From NCBI GenBank assembly GCA_965238075.1, contig OZ250173.1, forward strand, positions 2,528,001-2,592,000: a stretch of 64,000 nucleotides of DNA. Direction: 5' to 3'. The DNA is from Candidatus Entotheonellaceae bacterium. Lineage in GTDB: Bacteria > Tectomicrobia > Entotheonellia > Entotheonellales > Entotheonellaceae. The notes beneath the pieces are model-generated. The model made no database searches. It had not been told where the DNA came from and saw only the letters and a list, made by a program, of their open reading frames with translations. Both the position numbers and the translations under genes were made by a program. This document shows, piece by piece, positions 56,951 to 64,000 of the stretch (within the stretch, counting starts at the first letter, position 1; each line of letters opens with the position of its first letter).

Positions 56951-59900
56951 GCACGGTCGGCGAATGGGAAATCCTCACCCAGCAACGTGTTGTTGCGTTC
57001 TTCCGCGAGGCACTCGGCTACGACTATCTCGGCCACTGGAAGGATCGCGAGGGCAACAGCAACATCGACAAAATGTTGCTGACCGGCTGGTTGTCCCGCC
57101 AGGGCTACAGCGACAAGATCATCACCAAGGTGCTGTTTGAACTCGGTAAGGCCGCGGCACCCGGCGGCAGCAAGACCCTCTACGACGCCAATCGCGAGGT
57201 CTATGGCCTGCTCCGCTACGGCGTGAAGGTGCAGCCGGACGTGGGCGATCAGAACGTGACTGTCTGGCTGATCGACTGGGCGAACCCCGACAATAACGAC
57301 TTCGCCCTTGCCGAAGAGGTGACGGTTGCCGAGCAGAATACCAAGCGGCCCGACCTCGTGCTCTACGTCAACGGCCTCGCCCTGGGCGTGCTGGAGTTGA
57401 AGCGTTCTACGGTATCGGTGAGCGAGGGTATCCGCCAGAATCTCGACAACCAGAAGAAGACGTTCATCGAGCCGTTCTTCACCACGGTGCAACTCGTGAT
57501 GGCGGGTAACGACACCGAGGGGCTGCGCTACGGCGTGATTGAAACGCCGGAGAAGTACTGGTTGCGTTGGAAGGAAGCCGAAGCCCACCCAGCCGCGGGG
57601 GACAATCCCCTGCTGCGGGAACTGGGCCAACTGTGCGGCAAGGAGCGGCTGCTGGAGATCGTGCACGATTTCGTCGTTTACGACGCCGGCGTCAAGAAGA
57701 TTTGCCGCCATAACCAGTACTTCGGCGTGCGGGCGGCACAAGCGTGTGTGCAGCGCCACGAAGGCGGCATCATCTGGCACACCCAGGGAAGCGGCAAGAG
57801 CCTGAGCATGGTCTGGCTGGCGAAGTGGGTTCGCGAGCACGTGGCCGACGGGCGGGTGCTGATCGTCACCGACCGGACCGAACTGGACGAGCAAATCGAA
57901 AAGGTCTTCAAGGGCGTCAGCGAGGATATCCACCGCACCGGCAGCGGCGCCGATCTGGTGCAAGCGTTGAACACCGGCGAGGAATGGCTGATCTGTTCGC
58001 TGATCCACAAATTCGATGCCTCGGAAGAGATAAGTGAAAAGGATATCGAAACCTACATCGAGGAAATCAGGAATGGCCTGCCCAAGGGGTTCTACGCCAA
58101 GGGCGAAGTCTTCGTCTTCGTGGACGAATGCCACCGCACGCAATCCGGCAAGCTCCATGATGCGATGAAAACGCTGTTGCCGCGGGCGACGCTGGTCGGT
58201 TTCACTGGAACGCCACTCCTCAAGGATGACAAGCGTCGGAGCATTGAGACCTTTGGGCCGTACATCCACACCTACAAGTACGACGAGGCGGTGGATGACG
58301 GGGTGGTGCTGGATCTGCGCTACGAGGCACGTGATATTGACCAGAACCTGACCTCACCGGCCAAGGTCGACCAGTGGTTCGAGCTCAAGACCCAAGGACT
58401 GACCGACGTAGCAAAGGCCCAACTCAAGCAACGGTGGGGCACGCTGCGCAGCGTGCTGAGTGCACGGGACCGGCTGGAAAAGATCGTCGCTGACATCATG
58501 ATGGACATGGCGAGGCGCGACCGCCTCAAGAGCGGCCACGGCAACGCGATGCTGGTTTCCGACAGCATCTACTCGGCGTGCCGCTTCTTCGAGATGTTTC
58601 AGCAGACTGATCTGGCGGGCAAATGCGCCATCGTGACTTCTTACAAGCCCTCCCCGGCGAGCATCAAGGGGGAAGGGGGAAGCGAGGGGCTGACCGAAAG
58701 GCTGCGCCAGTACGACATCTACCGAAGAATGCTTGCGGCGCACTTCGACGAGCCGGAAGAATCGGCCATGCACAAGGTGGAGCGGTTCGAGCGGGAGGTC
58801 AAGAAACGCTTCATTGACGAACCGGGACAGATGAAGCTTCTGATCGTCGTGGACAAACTGCTGACAGGCTTTGACGCGCCGCCGGCGAGCTATCTGTACA
58901 TTGACAAGCCGATGCAAGACCACGGCCTGTTCCAGGCCATCTGCCGGGTCAATCGCCTCGACGGCGAGGACAAGGAATATGGGTATGTCATCGACTACAA
59001 AGACCTGTTCCGATCGTTGGAGCAGTCTGTCAAGGACTACACTGGCGAGGCTTTCGATGGCTACGACAAAGAGGACGTGGAGGGTTTGCTGAAGGACCGG
59101 CTGGCGCAGGGCCGGGAGCGGTTGGAGGAAGCGCGCGAGGCGGTAAAGGCGCTGTGCGAGCCGGTTGAGCCGCCGCGCGATACCGCTGCCTACCTGCGTT
59201 TCTTCTGCGCCGCCGAGAGCGGCAATGCCAGGCAGCTAAAGGCCAACGAACCGAAGCGCGTGACCCTCTATCGGTTGGCCGCTGCCTTCCTGCGAGCTTA
59301 TGCCAATTTGGCGAACGAGATGCGCCAGGCTGGCTATTCTGACGCCGAAGCGCAGCAGATTAAGGCCGAGGTGGACCACTATGAAAAGGTGCGCCAGGAG
59401 GTCAAGCTCGCCAGCGGCGATTACATCGACTTGAAAATGTATGAACCGGCCATGCGGCATCTGCTCGACACATACATTCGGGCCGAAGAGAGCGAGCCAC
59501 TCTCTGCTTTTGACGATATGACGCTGATACAGCTGATCGTTGAGCGTGGCGAAGCAGCGATCGATGCACTACCCGAGGGCATCCGCAAGAACCCCGAAGC
59601 GGTGGCCGAGACGATTGAGAACAACGTCCGGCGGCTCATCATCGACGAGATGGCGGTCAACCCCAAGTACTACGAGAAAATGTCGGCATTGCTGGACGCG
59701 TTGATCCGCCAACGCAAGCAGGAAGCCATGGACTACAAGGCCTACCTGGCCAAGATCGTCGAGTTGACCGGGACGGTCAGTAGGCCGGAGACCCAAACAT
59801 CCTATCCTACGAGTATCCGCAACGGCGCCCTGCGAGCACTTTACGACAATCTGGACGAGCCGGAAGTTTCGGTCGTGCGCGACCCCATGACGCAATATGG

Positions 59901-60099
59901 CGACACGCCGACTTCCGACCCCAAGGAAGAGCGGGCTCTTGCCCTGGATTATGCTATCCGTAGTGTGAAGAAAGCGGACTGGAGAGGAAACAGATTCAAA
60001 GAACGCGAGGTTCGTAACGCCGTCAAGTCAGTGCTCGGCGACGACGAGGGCTTGGTGAGTACGACATTCGAAATCGTGAAGGCACAGCGTGACTATTGA
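56947..60099 (+). CDS. hsdR: Type I RM restriction subunit
   Basis: RPDLVLYVNG..LELK, WHTQGSGKS, VDECHR, GFTGTP, LLTGFDAP, QAICRVNR. Confidence 0.96.
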   Translation: MSTVGEWEILTQQRVVAFFREALGYDYLGHWKDREGNSNIDKMLLTGWLSRQGYSDKIITKVLFELGKAAAPGGSKTLYDANREVYGLLRYGVKVQPDVGDQNVTVWLIDWANPDNNDFALAEEVTVAEQNTKRPDLVLYVNGLALGVLELKRSTVSVSEGIRQNLDNQKKTFIEPFFTTVQLVMAGNDTEGLRYGVIETPEKYWLRWKEAEAHPAAGDNPLLRELGQLCGKERLLEIVHDFVVYDAGVKKICRHNQYFGVRAAQACVQRHEGGIIWHTQGSGKSLSMVWLAKWVREHVADGRVLIVTDRTELDEQIEKVFKGVSEDIHRTGSGADLVQALNTGEEWLICSLIHKFDASEEISEKDIETYIEEIRNGLPKGFYAKGEVFVFVDECHRTQSGKLHDAMKTLLPRATLVGFTGTPLLKDDKRRSIETFGPYIHTYKYDEAVDDGVVLDLRYEARDIDQNLTSPAKVDQWFELKTQGLTDVAKAQLKQRWGTLRSVLSARDRLEKIVADIMMDMARRDRLKSGHGNAMLVSDSIYSACRFFEMFQQTDLAGKCAIVTSYKPSPASIKGEGGSEGLTERLRQYDIYRRMLAAHFDEPEESAMHKVERFEREVKKRFIDEPGQMKLLIVVDKLLTGFDAPPASYLYIDKPMQDHGLFQAICRVNRLDGEDKEYGYVIDYKDLFRSLEQSVKDYTGEAFDGYDKEDVEGLLKDRLAQGRERLEEAREAVKALCEPVEPPRDTAAYLRFFCAAESGNARQLKANEPKRVTLYRLAAAFLRAYANLANEMRQAGYSDAEAQQIKAEVDHYEKVRQEVKLASGDYIDLKMYEPAMRHLLDTYIRAEESEPLSAFDDMTLIQLIVERGEAAIDALPEGIRKNPEAVAETIENNVRRLIIDEMAVNPKYYEKMSALLDALIRQRKQEAMDYKAYLAKIVELTGTVSRPETQTSYPTSIRNGALRALYDNLDEPEVSVVRDPMTQYGDTPTSDPKEERALALDYAIRSVKKADWRGNRFKEREVRNAVKSVLGDDEGLVSTTFEIVKAQRDY

Positions 60100-60820
60100 G
60101 GATAGAGGCCGCCAAATCGACGTGCGAGGTACAACCGTGGAGGTCGTCCACAGGGACATCAAGAACCTCCACGTGGGTGTCTATCCGCCGAGCGGTCGGG
60201 TGCGGGTGGCCGCGCCGTGGCGCCTTGATGAAGATGCCGTGCGTCTGGCCGTTATTTCACGCCTCGGATGGATTCGTCGTAAACAGGCCGGATTCCAGCA
60301 GCAGGCTCGCCAGTCTCAGCGGGAGTTCGTCACCGGCGAGAGTCATTACGTTGAAGGCCGGCGCTACCGGCTTGGCGTAACCGAACACGATGGCCCGCCA
60401 ACTGTTCGTCTGCTTAACAATACGACGTTAGCGTTAACCGTTCGTCCTGATACCAACCGCGACAAGCGGGAGGCTGTGCTTTACCGATGGTATCGCCACC
60501 GGCTCCGAAGCCGTCTGCCTGCGCTTCTTGCAAAATGGGAACTGAGGGTTGGAACGCGGGGTACTGAGGTGCGCATCAAGAAGATGAAAACCCACTGGGG
60601 AACGTGCAGCACGGATGCCCGCCGTATCTGGCTAAATCTCGAATTGGCGAAGAAACCGGTGTTGTGCCTTGAGTACATCCTGGTGCATGAGATGGTCCAC
60701 CTGATTGAGCGTAATCATACCGATCTGTTTCGACAATTGATGGACAGACTCATGCCGCAGTGGCGCGTTTATCGAGATGAGTTGAATCAGAGCCCACTGG
60801 CACATGAAGCTTGGCGTTGA
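60089..60820 (+). CDS. M48/YgjP (DUF45) metallopeptidase-like protein, common after hsdR
   Basis: MKTHWGTC, LEYILVHEMVH. Confidence 0.9.
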   Translation: MTIEDRGRQIDVRGTTVEVVHRDIKNLHVGVYPPSGRVRVAAPWRLDEDAVRLAVISRLGWIRRKQAGFQQQARQSQREFVTGESHYVEGRRYRLGVTEHDGPPTVRLLNNTTLALTVRPDTNRDKREAVLYRWYRHRLRSRLPALLAKWELRVGTRGTEVRIKKMKTHWGTCSTDARRIWLNLELAKKPVLCLEYILVHEMVHLIERNHTDLFRQLMDRLMPQWRVYRDELNQSPLAHEAWR

Positions 60821-60830
60821 CCGGGGAAAA

Positions 60831-61067
60831 TCACAGGCCCTTCAACAGCGCCTCGCCTCGCGTAATGACGACTTTCTCTTCATGGCAGTCGTCCCCCGCT
60901 GCAGCCCGGGCCTCGCGCCGATTGAATTCCAATGCCTCTGGAAGCGTTTCGACAAAGCTCTGCCGCAGCTCCGCATGGATACGCTCCTGGCAATTCACGC
61001 CGGGAACCTCCTCAATCCAGCCGATCCACCATTCGCCGCTGCGTTTTACGACAGCCGTGTATTCCAT
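60831..61067 (-). CDS. Short HicB-like antitoxin, possibly degenerate
   Basis: YTAVVKRSGEWWIGWIEEVPGVNCQ. Confidence 0.75.
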   Translation of the reverse strand: MEYTAVVKRSGEWWIGWIEEVPGVNCQERIHAELRQSFVETLPEALEFNRREARAAAGDDCHEEKVVITRGEALLKGL

Positions 61068-61085
61068 CGTTCAGCTTTTCCAGTG

Positions 61086-61316
61086 TCAGTTGGCACTTGT
61101 GCCTGCCAAGAACTCATCGACGGTCAAGCCGGAAGCCCGAATAAGGCTCCTCAGCGTTCCCTTGGCGACTTCTCTGTGATTGGGCACCGAGAGAGTGGCC
61201 ATTTCACCTGCCTTTTCCAGGATGATATGACTGCCCCGTCGGCGCGCTACCCTCCAGCTAAAGCCGCGGAAGATACGTACAACATCTTCTCCGCTCAAGG
61301 AAGGCAGTATCGGCAT
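61086..61316 (-). CDS. hicA: HicA toxin
   Basis: LSGEDVV...RRRGSHIIL...VPNHREVAKGTLRSLI. Confidence 0.9.
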   Translation of the reverse strand: MPILPSLSGEDVVRIFRGFSWRVARRRGSHIILEKAGEMATLSVPNHREVAKGTLRSLIRASGLTVDEFLAGTSAN

Positions 61317-61522
61317 TAAATCGTGACCTCTACCTGTCGCGTCTCAACAGTCAGAGGAAGGCCTTTTTCTGCGCGTACCTCAAGGCAGAGTGTAATGGCT
61401 TCTTTTATGTTGTCCAACGCCCGGGCTTTGGTCGTTCCCTGACTGACGCAGCCCGGAATTGCGGGGCATTCCACAATCCACATACCATCTTCATCGCGGT
61501 CAACCGTCACATTGAATTTCAT
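61316..61522 (-). CDS. hicB: Short HicB antitoxin
   Basis: DEDGMWIVECPAIPGCVSQGTT..AL.NIKEAI. Confidence 0.9.
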   Translation of the reverse strand: MKFNVTVDRDEDGMWIVECPAIPGCVSQGTTKARALDNIKEAITLCLEVRAEKGLPLTVETRQVEVTI

Positions 61523-61659
61523 CTCTTTCTTGAAACCTCCGTCGGTTTTGCACCACACCCTTTCCGTTCTTGACGAGCGGTTAGAATTCCCTTTATCTAT
61601 CGGAAAAGAACTCCGAATACAAGAATGCCGCGGCGCGCTGGTTTCTCAGGAGACATGAC

Positions 61660-64000
61660 ATGAACGCCACAAAGCCGATCACAATGACTACGTTGCAGCC
61701 AGCGGGCGCGGTGTTTCATCGCTGCGCCCTGCAAGTGAATCCGCACCCCGACGGCGATGCGCCGTCCCATGCCGCGGCGGTTGTAGCCAAGGCCGTCGAA
61801 CTTGGCGTGTCCGTGCTTGCCGTTAACGGACCCAGCGGTGTGGCGGTGTTCCGCAGCGCGGCCGCGGGTCAGGGTATCATCCTATTTCCGGGATTTGAGT
61901 TGACGTCCGCCGAGGATATTCATGTCCTTTGCATCTACCCACCAGACACCGACGAGGGCCAACTCGAACAGTACCTCGGCCAGCTCGGAGTTGACCGTTT
62001 CGCGTCTTCCGCCGACCCGTCGAGCGTATCGTTCGAGAACGTGCTGACGAGGGTTCGCATCCAGGGCGGCGTCGCGATTGCCGCACATGCGGCGCCCGAC
62101 GGCGGCCTGTTCGACGGCCTGTCGCCCCAGGCGTGGCGCAGCGAGGACCTGCTCGCCGTCCGCATTCCGGGACCCGTCGAGGAACTTCCTGAAGATGTGC
62201 GTCGCATCCTCGAAAACCGGAGCGCGGACTACCGGCGCGTCCATCTCGCGGGCGACAAGCAGGCGGTGGCCGTGATCAACGCAAAGGACGTTACGACCGC
62301 TGCGGACCTCGAACACCCCGCCGCCACCTGCCGGATCAAGATGTCCGAGGTCAGCATCGAGGGCTTGCGGCAGGCGTTTCTTGACCCGGACTCGCGTATC
62401 CGCCTCAGTCGCCAGGACGGCGAAGCGGAAGCCGAGGCCGAGGCGCACACCGCGCTGCTGGCCCTGGCGTGGGAAGGGGGCTTTCTGGACGGCGCCAGCA
62501 TCTCGCTGAACCCGAACCTCAACGTGCTGGTCGGCGGCCACGGCGCCGGCAAGTCAACGATCATCGAAAGCCTGCGCTACGTGCTGGCCCTGGAGCCCGT
62601 CGGCGAAGAGGCGGGCAAGGCCCATCAAGGCATCGTGCGCCACGTGCTGCGCAGCGGCACCAAGGTCTCGCTGCGGGTGCGCTGCTATCGCCCGGCGACG
62701 CGCGAGTATTTGATCGAGCGCACCGTTCCCAACCCGCCCGTGGTCCGTGACGAAAACGGCCTGGTCTCCAGCCTGCTGCCCAGGGACATCCTGCCGCGCG
62801 TCGAGGTGTACGGCCAGCATGAAATCTCGGAGCTCGCCCGCAGCGGCGAGAAGCTCACCCGGTTGCTCGACCGCTTTGCCCAGTTCGACCCGTCGATGCC
62901 CAGGCGCAAGGCGGACCTTCGCCGCGATCTCAGGAAGACACGCGAAGCCCTGTTGGACGTGCAGGCGGAACTGCGGCACATCGAAGAACGGCTGGCGACT
63001 CTGCCCAGCCTGGAAGAGACCCTCGAACGCTTTCGGGAGGTCGGGCTTGAAGACCGCTTGCGCGGGCGCAGCCTGCTGGTGCGCGGCGAGCAGGTGATGG
63101 ACTCCATTCCCGAGCGCCTGCGCACCTTCCGCGACGGCCTGGAAGCCATGCGGCAGGAACTTCCCCTCAATCGCGTGTTCCTGTCACCCGAAGCGCTTGA
63201 GGACCTGCCGGGGCGGGATATCCTCGGCGGTGCGGACCGCGTGCTGGAGCGTCTGAGCAGCGACCTCCAATCCATCGTGCGTCAATTGGACGAAGCCCTG
63301 GCGGGCGCCGACGACGGCATCGCTGAGGTGCGTTCCCGCTGGGACAGGCATCGGCTCGAGGTGCAGAACGCGTACGAAGAAATTCTGCGCGAACTTCAGC
63401 AGGCGGCGGTGGACGGTGAGGAGTTCATCCGCCTGCGGGGGGAGATTGAGGGGCTGCGCCCGCTGCAGGACCGCCAATCGCTGCTGCAGCAGCAGGAAAG
63501 CGAATACCTGAACCGCCGCCGCGCGCTGCTGGCCGAGTGGGAGGACGTCAAGGCCGCAGAGTTCCGCGCCCTCGACCGGGCCGCCCAGAACGTCAGCGGC
63601 AGGCTGACCGGCCGCGTTCAGGTGGAGGTCACGGCCGCGGGCAACCGGGAGCCGCTGGCCGCGCTGCTGCGCAACCGGGTTGGCGGCAACCTCAAGAACA
63701 CGATCGACAAACTGGCGGGTCTGGACACGATGTCTCTGGTCGATCTGGCCGCCGCCTGCCGCGAAGGCGCCGACGCCTTGATCGACGCCTATGGCCTGAC
63801 CCCGGGTCAGGCGCGCAACATCGCCGCGGCCGGGCCGGACATTGCCCTGCGCATCGAAGAACTGGAGTTGCCGCCCACGACCACCATCCGACTCAATACC
63901 GCGCCGCCCGGCGCACCGCCGTCGTGGCAGGCGCTCGACGCGCTCTCGATCGGTCAGAAGGCCACCGCGGTGCTGCTGGTCTTGTTGCTCGAATCCGATG
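61660..64000 (+). CDS. PHP-like domain plus ABC/SMC-type ATPase (Ppl-like), continues past the window end
   Basis: Frame consistent from ATG 61660 to the end; FPGFELTS, GGHGAGKST, coiled coil, LSIGQKATAVLLVLLLESD signature. Confidence 0.85.
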   Translation, partial: MNATKPITMTTLQPAGAVFHRCALQVNPHPDGDAPSHAAAVVAKAVELGVSVLAVNGPSGVAVFRSAAAGQGIILFPGFELTSAEDIHVLCIYPPDTDEGQLEQYLGQLGVDRFASSADPSSVSFENVLTRVRIQGGVAIAAHAAPDGGLFDGLSPQAWRSEDLLAVRIPGPVEELPEDVRRILENRSADYRRVHLAGDKQAVAVINAKDVTTAADLEHPAATCRIKMSEVSIEGLRQAFLDPDSRIRLSRQDGEAEAEAEAHTALLALAWEGGFLDGASISLNPNLNVLVGGHGAGKSTIIESLRYVLALEPVGEEAGKAHQGIVRHVLRSGTKVSLRVRCYRPATREYLIERTVPNPPVVRDENGLVSSLLPRDILPRVEVYGQHEISELARSGEKLTRLLDRFAQFDPSMPRRKADLRRDLRKTREALLDVQAELRHIEERLATLPSLEETLERFREVGLEDRLRGRSLLVRGEQVMDSIPERLRTFRDGLEAMRQELPLNRVFLSPEALEDLPGRDILGGADRVLERLSSDLQSIVRQLDEALAGADDGIAEVRSRWDRHRLEVQNAYEEILRELQQAAVDGEEFIRLRGEIEGLRPLQDRQSLLQQQESEYLNRRRALLAEWEDVKAAEFRALDRAAQNVSGRLTGRVQVEVTAAGNREPLAALLRNRVGGNLKNTIDKLAGLDTMSLVDLAAACREGADALIDAYGLTPGQARNIAAAGPDIALRIEELELPPTTTIRLNTAPPGAPPSWQALDALSIGQKATAVLLVLLLESD

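Noticed and set aside
1-64000. CRISPR array or cas genes
   Set aside because: No regularly spaced 25-45 bp repeats with unique spacers; the repeats seen are REPs or intragenic duplications
41570-64000. Integrative element with attL/attR at tRNA-Asn
   Set aside because: No duplicate of the tRNA 3' end and no integrase seen in the window; either could lie beyond 64000

Overview
GC-rich bacterial chromosomal window from a diderm (outer-membrane barrels, LolA-like protein). The FN3 autotransporter, amidohydrolase, TA and REP content suggests a Tectomicrobia/deltaproteobacterium-like sponge symbiont, but that is inference only. About 1-41.6 kb is mostly housekeeping/metabolic: csp, Nudix, fxsA, giant coiled-coil OmpA/MotB, PPK2, an MMPL-LolA-barrel triad, actinobacterial-type Sdh1, thyA, an HpaBC-like pair, pduO, def, queG and tRNA-Asn. 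About 41.6-64 kb is accessory/defence: FN3 autotransporter, SRAP pseudogene, type I RM carrying a HEPN-motif protein and an aspartic-protease gene pair, HicAB, and Ppl-like PHP-ATPase. Best candidate for a new system: a 24-aa PqqA precursor missed by the ORF track (25431-25505). It has its own RBS, terminator and a consensus sigma-54 promoter, and lies directly downstream of a diheme CcP-like protein lacking the catalytic Glu, a DAHL-type sensor kinase and a sigma-54 activator; no pqqB-E are in the window. Also notable: a tandem A-X-B|A'-Y-B' arrangement of two alternative alleles of the queG-ppl variable locus, a DnaA-box cluster at about 12.05-12.3 kb, and two TA toxins truncated by one head-to-head deletion.
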